Made by a program: the position numbers and the translations under genes. The notes under the pieces were generated by a model. That model did not search any database. It had not been told where the DNA came from and worked only from the letters and a program-made list of their open reading frames with translations. This document shows, piece after piece, positions 45,795 to 53,856 of a stretch of 53,856 bases of DNA. Each line of letters opens with the position of its first letter. The first letter of the stretch is position 1. Source of the stretch: Candidatus Omnitrophota bacterium (GTDB lineage Bacteria > Omnitrophota > Gorgyraeia > Tantalellales > Tantalellaceae); NCBI GenBank assembly GCA_043816025.1, contig JBDRIH010000065.1, positions 1-53,856 on the forward strand, given 5' to 3'.

Positions 45795-47497
45795 TTCTCG
45801 TCCTCCACAAAATCCCTCACTACATTGCCGCCAAAAACATCCATGGCTTTTTCAATGATCGGTTTCATGGCCTTGGTCATTTTTACTTTTTGTTTGGCCT
45901 CATCGGCGCTTTTTTCGGCGGATTCGCCCAAAAACTCAAGAAGCGTGAATTCCACCCGCATCGATTTGCCGGTGACCTTGTTTACCGCTTCTTCAATCAC
46001 GCTTTTGTTATTATTCGCCTCGAGTGCCTCTTTGTTAAACGCGTGATCCTTCCCAAACCCTATGACCATTTTGTTTTCGCCGAACTCCACGGGTTTTGCC
46101 GTATTGAGAAACGTGAATACCGACATCTTTTTATTCTTGATGTAATTTAAAATCGCCTCCCAGTGGAATCTGTCCGGTTCGAAACCCGCGTCCATCGGCT
46201 CAAACTCATCATTATCGCCTTCGGCGGTGTAGTCCCGTACCGGCTGACTTTGCGCTGAAAGGACGTCCTTTTTAATGTCCGGATGAACGTGCTCCGCTGA
46301 AACAGATCTCGCGGTCGATGCGTCAGGCCGTGGAAGATCGCCGGAATGAGAACGGTAACCTTTTTCCAGCCTCTCCAGTTTTGCGAGAACCTCCGCGAGA
46401 GAAAACACATCTTTTCTCTTGGAAATCCTGATAAGGGCGACTTCAAGAGGCGCTCGAGCGAACATGGTTCCTTTCATCAGGGTAAGACAATGCGAAAGAT
46501 TCTGCAGGATGTAAAGAATCTCTTCCAGAGACAGTTTCCCCAGCTGCTGCGTTAATTTCTCAAGCTCGTCCGCGGCGAACGCCATATCAAAAGTCGGGGC
46601 ACCGGTCGTCTTGAGGATCATGAGATCCCTGTAATGAGAGATAAGACCGTTGGTTACAAACACCGGGTCTTTACCGCTGTTTATCAGTTCATCAAGAATA
46701 CGCGTAACGCGTCCAGGGTCGTTATCTATAACAGCATCAGATAATTCGAATATTCTGTCCTTATGGACCATGCCCAGAAGTTCTATCACATCATCGGGTA
46801 ATATCTCTTTACCGGAAAATGATACCATCTGATCCAGTATAACCAGGGAATCCCTCAGGCTGCCGTCCGCACTGCGTGATATCAGAAGAGCGGCTTTTTC
46901 GTCGATGTCGATTTTCTCTTTTTTGGCTATATCCATGACCCTGTCCTGTATCATCTTGGGGGGTATTTTTTTGAAATCGAACCTCTGGCAACGCGACAGG
47001 ATAGTCGGCAGGACTTTATGAGGCGCCGTTGTGGCGAATACAAACTTTACATGGGCGGGCGGTTCTTCAAGCGTTTTTAAGAGCGCGTTAAAAGCCTCCT
47101 GTGTTAACATGTGGACTTCATCAATGATGTAGACCTTGTACTTTCCCTTGGACGGAGAAAACTTTACATTTTCCCGAAGGGCCCTGATCTCGTCGATACC
47201 CCTGTTAGACGCACCGTCAATCTCCAGTACGTCTATGTTGTTACCCTGTGAGATCTCCCTGCAGGAGGAGCAAAGGTTGCATGGACTTTTCTCGGGCGGC
47301 GTCTCGCAATTGAGAGTTTTTGCAAGCAGGCGCGCCACGGACGTTTTCCCGACACCCCTGGGACCACAGAAAATATAAGCGTTGGCAAGGCGCCCGCGGA
47401 TTACGGAATTCTTGAGTGTTCTTGTAACGGCTTCCTGTCCGATGACATCATCAAACTTCTGGGGCCTATATTTTTGAGCGAATACTTGATACGACAT
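45791..47497 (-). CDS. dnaX: DNA polymerase III subunit gamma/tau
   Basis: Contains Walker A GPRGVGKTS, YIIDEVHML and the SRCQRF sensor region. It overlaps recR by 4 nt, and no ybaB lies between them. Confidence 0.95.
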   Translation of the reverse strand: MSYQVFAQKYRPQKFDDVIGQEAVTRTLKNSVIRGRLANAYIFCGPRGVGKTSVARLLAKTLNCETPPEKSPCNLCSSCREISQGNNIDVLEIDGASNRGIDEIRALRENVKFSPSKGKYKVYIIDEVHMLTQEAFNALLKTLEEPPAHVKFVFATTAPHKVLPTILSRCQRFDFKKIPPKMIQDRVMDIAKKEKIDIDEKAALLISRSADGSLRDSLVILDQMVSFSGKEILPDDVIELLGMVHKDRIFELSDAVIDNDPGRVTRILDELINSGKDPVFVTNGLISHYRDLMILKTTGAPTFDMAFAADELEKLTQQLGKLSLEEILYILQNLSHCLTLMKGTMFARAPLEVALIRISKRKDVFSLAEVLAKLERLEKGYRSHSGDLPRPDASTARSVSAEHVHPDIKKDVLSAQSQPVRDYTAEGDNDEFEPMDAGFEPDRFHWEAILNYIKNKKMSVFTFLNTAKPVEFGENKMVIGFGKDHAFNKEALEANNNKSVIEEAVNKVTGKSMRVEFTLLEFLGESAEKSADEAKQKVKMTKAMKPIIEKAMDVFGGNVVRDFVEDEK

Positions 47498-47572
47498 GAT
47501 AAAAATAAATAAACGTTAAGATCGAGGTTTGGTCAGGGACAGAACAATAGATATCTTATAGCACAGTGCCTG

Positions 47573-48373
47573 TTAAAATTCAAGCGCAACATTCTTGTGT
47601 TCTCTGAAATACTCCATCATTTTACCGCGCATCAAAGAATCATCAAAGTACGCCCCTACCAGTTTCCCTTCGTGCCCTTTTGCCCCCCTTACGGGACCCG
47701 GACCACTGCCCATCGGTACGGGACGGGGCGCTATACCGCCGGTGGCCAATATCCCGATAATGGAACAGGAATTCTTCCATTTTACAAAACATCCGGAAAT
47801 AGCTTCGGCCGAAGCGCGAAAAACTATCAATATATCTTCTGCATCCCTGGGCGTGTGATAAAGCATGTAATTGTAAAGAGCGCTTTCCGTCATCTGATTA
47901 TCCCCCGAAGATCGCCCCGATCCGATAATTACCGGAACATTATTACATGGCGGCAACGTAAACGTACAGGAATCCCCCTGGGGAAAAATAAGATCTTCAT
48001 TTGAATATCCTCTCTGCCACGATCTCATGCCGTTCTCCACGGCGCCCGCGACAACTCTGACGCAGTCAATATACTCCTGGGGTTTTCCTTTTCTGTCGAA
48101 ATTCTTAAGTATACTCGAAGCGGTAAGAACAGGCCCTTCAATATCTCCCGGCAGCAGAAGCCCGCGGGATCCATCCACATCGATATCGCTCACCAGAACC
48201 GTATCCTGCCATTTCTTCCAGGCCTTTTGAATAAGCAAGGACATTTCATCGGCAAACTCGTCCTTGCTCTCCAGTGTAAAAAAAAGTCCCTCGCTGCTCT
48301 TTGAGGTTGCGGGCTGGATTAAGACCAGCCCAATAAAAAATAAAAGAAGGAATAGTATTTTTGGATACCTCAT
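47573..48373 (-). CDS. Secreted hypothetical protein
   Basis: Has the signal peptide MRYPKILFLLLFFIGLVLIQPATS but no recognisable motif. Confidence 0.45.
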   Translation of the reverse strand: MRYPKILFLLLFFIGLVLIQPATSKSSEGLFFTLESKDEFADEMSLLIQKAWKKWQDTVLVSDIDVDGSRGLLLPGDIEGPVLTASSILKNFDRKGKPQEYIDCVRVVAGAVENGMRSWQRGYSNEDLIFPQGDSCTFTLPPCNNVPVIIGSGRSSGDNQMTESALYNYMLYHTPRDAEDILIVFRASAEAISGCFVKWKNSCSIIGILATGGIAPRPVPMGSGPGPVRGAKGHEGKLVGAYFDDSLMRGKMMEYFREHKNVALEF

Positions 48374-48387
48374 CTTCTTGTGCCCTG

Positions 48388-49371
48388 CTATCTTGCGCGT
48401 TTGTGTCCCATGAGGATCGAGGCTGCCCCGAAAATGCCTACATTTCTTTTGAGTTTAGCCTGTACTACCGGCGTCTTCTTTGCATAGATATTTATGGTGT
48501 GAAAAAGAATAGTTTTTCTGATCTCTTTAAAAAGAAGGTTCCCTAACATCGACACCCCGCCGCCTATAACGATGATCTCGGGATCCAGAACGTTTATCAT
48601 GCTGCCCAGCCATATGCCTAAAAGTTTTCCCTGCTCCCTGATTGCCTCCAGGGCCACTTTGTCGCCTTCTTTGGCCGCTTCCCCAAGAGTAACCATCGTC
48701 ACTTCGTCCGGTTCCCCCCCTGCCATATCGATTATATCTGTTTTTATGCCGGGGTTTTTTGCAATCTTTTTAAGTAAACGTTTTACCGTATTTGGGCCGG
48801 ACGCCATCGCTTCAATACACCCGATGTTTCCGCAATTGCATTTGGCATCCTTAGCGGTATAATTTATTGTCACATGCCCACCTTCCCCGGCCATGCCGTT
48901 TTTTCCGTGGTATATCTTTCCGTCGATAATAACGGCGGTACCGATACCGGTGCTTACGGTGACGTAAAACACGTGCTTATATCCCTTGGCCGCACCCCAT
49001 AGCACTTCCGCCATGCCGGCGGCGTTGGCATCATTTTCCACTCTTGTCCTTAACCTGAACTTCTTTCTTATAAGAGAGGCCAGCGGCACTTCTTTCCATC
49101 CCTGAAGATTGGGAGGGTTGTGCACTATCCCTTTGACCGGATTAAGGGGGCCCGGAGCGCATACCCCTATGCCTTCTATGTCCTTCTTGCTGATTTTGCT
49201 GATTTTAAGAAGGTCTTCGATAGACTGGTAAACCTGGTTGAGCGACTGCTCCAATTTTGGACCGGAATGTGTCGGTACGACTATTTTTTTCCCGAGTTTG
49301 CCGTCCCTATTGATAAGGCCTGTGGCTATCTTCGTACCGCCTATATCAACACCTACTATATATTTCTTCAT
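48388..49371 (-). CDS. ROK-family glucokinase
   Basis: Contains VGVDIGGTKIA and the zinc motif CNCGNIGCIEA. The start is moved to the ATG at 49371 (RBS gggagggg). The longer ORF reads through the H repeat. Confidence 0.8.
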   Translation of the reverse strand: MKKYIVGVDIGGTKIATGLINRDGKLGKKIVVPTHSGPKLEQSLNQVYQSIEDLLKISKISKKDIEGIGVCAPGPLNPVKGIVHNPPNLQGWKEVPLASLIRKKFRLRTRVENDANAAGMAEVLWGAAKGYKHVFYVTVSTGIGTAVIIDGKIYHGKNGMAGEGGHVTINYTAKDAKCNCGNIGCIEAMASGPNTVKRLLKKIAKNPGIKTDIIDMAGGEPDEVTMVTLGEAAKEGDKVALEAIREQGKLLGIWLGSMINVLDPEIIVIGGGVSMLGNLLFKEIRKTILFHTINIYAKKTPVVQAKLKRNVGIFGAASILMGHKRAR

Positions 49372-49471
49372 ATCGGCACACCCCTCCCACTTCATAATAT
49401 TTAACTGGATCAAAGATATTATCACACAAAATAGAACACACCTCAAGCCTAGTTTTTCGGCTAAACTAAGA

Positions 49472-49545
49472 GTCGTTTGACATACTCCTACCAGGGCCCC
49501 TCCGCCCGGTGTGGATCCTCCCTGTAGGTAGCTTGGCAAACGACT
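49472..49545 (+). repeat. Mosaic repeat locus L7: H rod (A-type stem, gatcc-type core) without a clear P module
   Basis: The sequence is gtcgtttgacatactcc taccagggcccctccgcccggtgtggatcctccctgtagg tagcttggcaaacgac. Confidence 0.85.
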
Positions 49546-49587
49546 CTAATCTGCAATGCTCATGTCAGAACATGACTTTTCATCTAC

Positions 49588-49853
49588 GAGAAAAAATGGA
49601 TCTGAAGCCTTTGAGTGAATTGCGATTTTAGCTTCTTTTTATAACTTTTGAGGGAAACCGTGCAAGCTCATGAAGGCTATAAGAAGGTTCCCTGGATAGG
49701 AGTTAACGAATTGCCAGAAAATAGTGTTAAATATGTTTGACGAGCCCTGAACATAGTTCAGGGTGAGGAGTTATTTAACACCCTCAAAAGTTTGAAAAAA
49801 AGCGTTAAAAAATCGCTTCTGAACGAGAAAGGTTTTAGATCCATTTTCCCTAG
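49588..49853 (+). mobile_element. M2-B: second copy of the ~265-bp TIR element, with internal blocks in a different order
   Basis: The degraded TIR is aaaatggatctgaagcc (49593-49609) and ggttttagatccatttt (49831-49847). The Y block lies at 49656-49721 and precedes the hairpin block at 49722-49826. Confidence 0.75.
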
Positions 49854-49866
49854 AAAAAAATGGCTG

Positions 49867-51006
49867 TTATGAGAGGCGGTTGCGGTAATCTTCGTACTGG
49901 AATTGGCGAACAACGCGGATCTTGCCACTGTCTGGATCATAAAGGGCGATCGACGGCAGACGCACGCCGTTGAAGGTATTGTTTTTGACCATGGTATAAT
50001 GGGCCATGTCCATGAAGGTGAGACGACTTCCCACCTCAAGCGGTTCGATAAACGAATAATCGCCGATAACATCACCGGCTAAACATGTCAACCCGCCGAG
50101 CCTGTACGTATGGGCATATTCGCCCGGCTGCCCCGCCCCAGCGATCTCCGGACGGTATGGCATCTCAAGGACATCTGGCATATGGGCCGCGGCAGAGGTA
50201 TCCAAAACAGCTATATCCATCCCGTTATGAACTATATCCAGCACGGACGCCACGAGAACGCCAGTATTCAGCGCGATGGCCTCGCCGGGTTCCAGATAAA
50301 CTTCCACATCATATCTTTCCCGGAACGCGTTTACCAGTCGAGAAAGTCTGTCCACGTCATAATCCGGACGCGTGATATGGTGTCCGCCCCCAAAATTGAC
50401 CCATTCCATCTGCCTCATGAAAGATCCAAACTTCTGCTCCACCACTTCTAGCGTGCGCTCGAGAGAATCGGAATTCAGCTCACAGAGTGTATGAAAATGC
50501 AGCCCCGTGATGCCGTCCAAATCCTGTCCTTCAAACTGATCCATCTTTATGCCGAGCCGGGAGCCCGGGGCGCAAGGATCGTAAAGGGCGACCTTTACCT
50601 CGGAATGTTCCGGGTTGATGCGCAGTCCGCAGCGCACCTCTCGGCCAAGACGTGAAACGACCGGTTTGAAGCGCTGCCACTGTGAAAAAGAGTTAAAACT
50701 GATATGGCTAGCGTAACGGATGAGTTCGAGGAACTCATCGTCCTTGTATGCCGGAGCGCACACGTGTACGTCGCCTCCGAATTCCTCAAAACCAAGTCGG
50801 GCCTCGTCCAGTGAACTTGCCGCGATCCCGGAAAGATAACGCTTGATGAGCGGAAACGTACCGAACATGGCGAACCCTTTTAGGGCCAGAATGATCTTGC
50901 AGCCAGTTCGCCGCTGGACTTCCGATAGTATCTCCAGGTTTCGCGTAAGTAATCCCTCATCAACGACATAGCATGGCGTGGAGGGAACTTTTGAAGCTAT
51001 GTTCAT
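49867..51006 (-). CDS. nspC: Carboxynorspermidine/carboxyspermidine decarboxylase
   Basis: 379 aa, PLP-decarboxylase fold III-like, containing ALKGFAMF, HFHTLCE and NFGGGHH. It is adjacent to the dehydrogenase partner gene. Confidence 0.85.
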   Translation of the reverse strand: MNIASKVPSTPCYVVDEGLLTRNLEILSEVQRRTGCKIILALKGFAMFGTFPLIKRYLSGIAASSLDEARLGFEEFGGDVHVCAPAYKDDEFLELIRYASHISFNSFSQWQRFKPVVSRLGREVRCGLRINPEHSEVKVALYDPCAPGSRLGIKMDQFEGQDLDGITGLHFHTLCELNSDSLERTLEVVEQKFGSFMRQMEWVNFGGGHHITRPDYDVDRLSRLVNAFRERYDVEVYLEPGEAIALNTGVLVASVLDIVHNGMDIAVLDTSAAAHMPDVLEMPYRPEIAGAGQPGEYAHTYRLGGLTCLAGDVIGDYSFIEPLEVGSRLTFMDMAHYTMVKNNTFNGVRLPSIALYDPDSGKIRVVRQFQYEDYRNRLS

Positions 51007-51018
51007 GAGTCAGAACCC

Positions 51019-52200
51019 CTAATCGATCTCCTTTATCACCCAGGGCAGCCCGTAAACGTTCAGTTTTTCCATAAACGGATCGGGGTCGAACTGTTCGACA
51101 TTGAAAACACCCTGCGCTTTCCAGGTACCCACAAGCATCAGCATCGCCCCTATCATGGTCGGAACACCGGTGGTATAGGAAATGGCCTGCGCTTTAACTT
51201 CACGGTAACATTCCGCGTGATCGCAGACATTATAGGTATAGATCTTTTTGGCACGACCGTTCTGAATGCCTTCCATCATACAGCCGATATTTGTTTTGCC
51301 GGTATAATTTTCACCCAGTGATGACGGCTCGGGCAGGACGGCCTTTAGGAATTTGAGCGGCACAACCCTGTGGCCTTCAAATTCCACGGGATCGATCCGG
51401 GTCATGCCAACGTTTTCCAGCACCCACAAATGCGTCAGATACTGCTCGCTGAACGTCATCCAGAACCGGATACGTTTAAGCCCCTTGATGTGTTTCACGA
51501 GCGACTCCAGTTCCTCGTGGTACATCAAATACATCTCCCGCGGCCCTATCTCCGGAAAATCGAACGTCTCGTGAACGGAAAGAGGATCGGTCTCCACCCA
51601 CTTGCCGTCTTCCCAGAATTTACCGCGCTGTGTGATCTCGCGAATATTGATTTCCGGATTAAAATTTGTGGCAAACGCTCGGCCGTGAGTTCCGGCGTTG
51701 CAATCCATAATATCCACGGCACGAATCTCGTCAAAGTAGTGCTTCATAGCGTGGGCGCAGAAAATGTTGGTTACTCCCGGGTCAAAACCGCATCCGAGCA
51801 AAGCCATCAGGCCCTTTTCCCTAAAACGTTCATGGTAGTCCCACTGCCACTTGTAGCAGAACCGCGCCTCATCGGGCGGCTCATAATTAGCGGTGTCCAG
51901 ATAGTCGACACCTGTCTCCAGACACGCCTCCATGATCGAGAGGTCCTGATATGGAAGAGCCACGTTGATTATAAGATCGGGATTGAAGCTGCGAACCAGT
52001 TCGACTACTTCCTCCGGTTTATCGGCGTCTACTTTCGCTGTTTTGATCGGGCGGTTCAGCTGCGCGGCTATTTTTTCGCATTTCTCAATAGTCCGGCTGG
52101 CAAGACATATCTGGTCAAACACATCCGGCACCTGGGCACACTTGTGTGTTACGACGGAGCCCACACCTCCCGCTCCGATAATGAGAACCTTCTTGCTCAT
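51019..52200 (-). CDS. Carboxynorspermidine synthase/dehydrogenase (saccharopine dehydrogenase family)
   Basis: Has the Rossmann motif VLIIGAGGVGSVV. The start at 52200 is preceded by ggagag, and the gene is paired with nspC. Confidence 0.8.
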   Translation of the reverse strand: MSKKVLIIGAGGVGSVVTHKCAQVPDVFDQICLASRTIEKCEKIAAQLNRPIKTAKVDADKPEEVVELVRSFNPDLIINVALPYQDLSIMEACLETGVDYLDTANYEPPDEARFCYKWQWDYHERFREKGLMALLGCGFDPGVTNIFCAHAMKHYFDEIRAVDIMDCNAGTHGRAFATNFNPEINIREITQRGKFWEDGKWVETDPLSVHETFDFPEIGPREMYLMYHEELESLVKHIKGLKRIRFWMTFSEQYLTHLWVLENVGMTRIDPVEFEGHRVVPLKFLKAVLPEPSSLGENYTGKTNIGCMMEGIQNGRAKKIYTYNVCDHAECYREVKAQAISYTTGVPTMIGAMLMLVGTWKAQGVFNVEQFDPDPFMEKLNVYGLPWVIKEID

Positions 52201-52231
52201 ATCTTTCTCTCCTGTGTGCATTGTTGGAAAA

Positions 52232-52283
52232 TCAGGGGCAACCCTTGAACGGAATATTCCCTCAATTCAAGACCTGCCCCTGA
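52232..52283 (-). terminator. Nested hairpin between the RRM gene and the polyamine genes (terminator or attenuator-like)
   Basis: The outer stem tcaggggca (52232-52240)/tgcccctga (52275-52283) encloses cttgaa...ttcaag and the palindrome ggaatattcc. The minus strand continues with attttcc. Confidence 0.35.
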
Positions 52284-52316
52284 AAGTTACACTAGGTTCG
52301 GATTATCTTTCGGTTA

Positions 52317-52589
52317 TTAATACCTACTGCCATAATCGCTTCTAGGTTCTCTGCTTTTGGGCGGACGGGCTTCATCAACCCTCAGCGCGCGTCCCTGGAA
52401 ATCCTGACCATCTAAAGCCTCTTTAGCCTTTGTGGCTCCTGCCGAGTCAGTCATCTCCACAAACCCAAAACCTTTGCCTTCAAGCACTGTGACATCCTTG
52501 ACCGTACCGTGGGCAGAAAACAGTTCCTGCAGCTGGCCCTCTGTCACGGAGTACTTTAGGTTTCCGATATAAAGCCTGTTACCTTGCAT
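52317..52589 (-). CDS. RRM-type RNA-binding protein
   Basis: Contains RNP2 LYIGNL and RNP1 KGFGFVEM, with a basic Gly/Arg-type tail. Length is 90 aa. Confidence 0.85.
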   Translation of the reverse strand: MQGNRLYIGNLKYSVTEGQLQELFSAHGTVKDVTVLEGKGFGFVEMTDSAGATKAKEALDGQDFQGRALRVDEARPPKSREPRSDYGSRY

Positions 52590-52768
52590 TCTATCCTCCT
52601 TTTTACGTCACTCTCTACGTCCAATAACGTCTCTTCTGGAGATAGAAACAAGATCGCGATCCTAACCCCTCACACTCAACATTATCAAACCCGAGAACTC
52701 CTTGTTACAACCTGCGTAACAAGATTTAACCTAATATCTTTACCATGCCGCCACACCTTTGTCAAGAT

Positions 52769-52809
52769 TTAACCTGACAGATCTAACTTGGTTAGATTTC
52801 GCAGGTTAG
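52769..52809. repeat. Mosaic repeat locus L8: P palindrome alone, with the right arm inside the hydrolase CDS
   Basis: The sequence is ttaacctgacagatctaacttggttagatttcgcaggttag. Confidence 0.85.
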
Positions 52810-53634
52810 AAACGATCTTATGCCCTCGATAAACTGCTTTTTAGAGTCTAAAAAGGCCGTGTTGTGGGTACCTCTTATCCTGAGAAAGGTCTTCGGCTGG
52901 GCCGCCTCGCTAAAAAGCTTCTCTCCCAGGTTAAAAGGAACGATCTCGTCATCCACGCTATGAATGATCAGTTTTGGACAGGCAACGTTTCTTATCTTAG
53001 AGGTAACATCAAACCTGGACGAAAAAACATAATGCGGTATAAACGGATATGCAATTTTTGCCATATCCTTGATGGACGAGAAAGTCTCTTCCGTAATCAA
53101 GGCCCGCACGTTCAGTTCTTGCGCGAGATTAACCGCAACGGCACCTCCTATGGATTCCCCGTAAAGAACGATATCTCCTTCGGCAATTTTGCGTTCTATC
53201 CTAAGATAATCATATGCCGCTTTCACATCTCTATACAAACCTGCCTCGGTCGGTACCCCCGTGCTCTTGCCGTAGCCGCGGTAATCAAAAACAAATACAT
53301 TCATTCCGAGGTTGTGCAATATCAGCACCTTTTCCAGCCTATGACTGATATTCCCGGCGTTGCCATGGCAGAAGACCAGCGTGAGCTTCCCCTGGCTGTT
53401 AGCGATAAACCAGCCATTCAGCCGTTTATTGTCGGATGTCTGGAAAGAGACCTCCTCGAAGGGAAGACCCACCAGTTCAGGCGTAGCGGTAATCTCCCGC
53501 ATCGGAAAATATATGCTGCGTTTTTCGATATACCTTACCGCGATCAGAAAAAGAGCGATAAAAACAACCAGCCATAAGAGTAAATTCACTTTTTCTCCTT
53601 TAGTTTTATAAGCGCGCTCCTTGCGGCGACGCAT
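52792..53634 (-). CDS. Alpha/beta hydrolase with N-terminal membrane anchor
   Basis: Contains HGNAGN and the nucleophile elbow GESIGG, plus a C-terminal D/H region. Confidence 0.75.
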   Translation of the reverse strand: MRRRKERAYKTKGEKVNLLLWLVVFIALFLIAVRYIEKRSIYFPMREITATPELVGLPFEEVSFQTSDNKRLNGWFIANSQGKLTLVFCHGNAGNISHRLEKVLILHNLGMNVFVFDYRGYGKSTGVPTEAGLYRDVKAAYDYLRIERKIAEGDIVLYGESIGGAVAVNLAQELNVRALITEETFSSIKDMAKIAYPFIPHYVFSSRFDVTSKIRNVACPKLIIHSVDDEIVPFNLGEKLFSEAAQPKTFLRIRGTHNTAFLDSKKQFIEGIRSFLTCEI

Positions 53635-53856
53635 ATCGCTTCGTAGCTGTCTTCGGCGCCGGAAGCGAGTCCCTCTTCTTCCATCTTCCCGGGATCCAGA
53701 ACTTCCCCGAACCTTACCTTTATTGGATGCCGTTTAGGAAACTTGGATGTCCTCGGCCAGGCCTGGTAAGCCCCTTCTATAACAACCGGCACAATGCGCG
53801 CTTTTGACTCCTTTACCAGGATACCGAACCCCTTCTTGAATGCGCCTATGTTTCCG
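53586..53856 (-). CDS. 1-acyl-sn-glycerol-3-phosphate acyltransferase-like protein, C-terminal fragment (5' end outside window)
   Basis: The frame is open to the window edge and reads GNIGAFKKGFGILVKESKARIVPVVIEGAY, typical of PlsC block III/IV. Confidence 0.6.
   Translation of the reverse strand, partial: GNIGAFKKGFGILVKESKARIVPVVIEGAYQAWPRTSKFPKRHPIKVRFGEVLDPGKMEEEGLASGAEDSYEAICVAARSALIKLKEKK

Noticed and set aside
45909-45916. An A-rich run (gaaaaaag on the coding strand) in dnaX as a gamma/tau frameshift site.
   Set aside because: The run reads GAA AAA AGC in frame, so it does not form the A AAA AAG slippery heptamer in the correct phase. It also lies only about 40 codons from the C-terminus.
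47498-47572. An SRP (4.5S) RNA gene upstream of dnaX, as seen in some Firmicutes.
   Set aside because: The spacer is only 75 nt and AT-rich. It has no conserved domain IV motif.
49372-49539. An N-terminal 56-aa extension of the ROK glucokinase ORF (MPSYLQGGSTPGGGALVG...).
   Set aside because: The extension is a translation of the H repeat. The internal ATG at 49371 has a good RBS and gives the canonical MKKYIVGVDIGGTK N-terminus.

Overview
This is a 53.9-kb bacterial chromosomal segment that is almost fully coding, with about 50 CDS (mostly on the minus strand) and one tRNA-Asn. (i) The left edge holds the C-terminal end of a serine recombinase that runs antisense into tRNA-Asn. It is followed by dinB, a DJ-1/PfpI protein, a phosphorylase-fold protein, a TPR/zinc-ribbon membrane protein and a CheY-like receiver. 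(ii) From about 5.2 to 19.0 kb lies a surface-glycan island whose first ~9 kb look AT-richer by eye. It has four GT2, one GT4, an ArnT/PMT-like GT-C, a WbsX-like protein, a B12-binding radical SAM enzyme, two SAM methyltransferases, a Wzx flippase and an IspD/TarI-like cytidylyltransferase. It also contains one apparently truncated GT2 and a 41-codon GT4 stub. (iii) Housekeeping genes follow: an M29-like aminopeptidase, an SBP-fused histidine kinase plus receiver, H+-pyrophosphatase, apt, thyX, a GHL10 protein, tsaC/sua5, purC, GTP-PEPCK and nfi. (iv) A lipA-gcvT-gcvH-gcvPA-gcvPB-lipoate-ligase block sits next to a single-chain pyruvate:ferredoxin oxidoreductase. (v) The right end holds dnaX-recR, a ROK glucokinase, the carboxynorspermidine dehydrogenase/decarboxylase pair, an RRM RNA-binding protein, an alpha/beta hydrolase and a PlsC-like fragment. 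I found no defence or toxin system, CRISPR array, rRNA or intact transposase. The signal not explained by genes lies in the intergenic DNA. Most of the longer spacers are assembled from a small set of mosaic modules: H hairpin rods, P palindromes, a ~265-bp TIR element with permuted internal blocks, a ~55-70-nt Y block, a 220-bp repeat bracketing the lipoate ligase gene, and a two-hairpin leader motif. Several modules show compensatory base changes between copies, and some carry promoters or supply stop codons. All functional calls rest on motifs read by eye, and no database search or computation was run.
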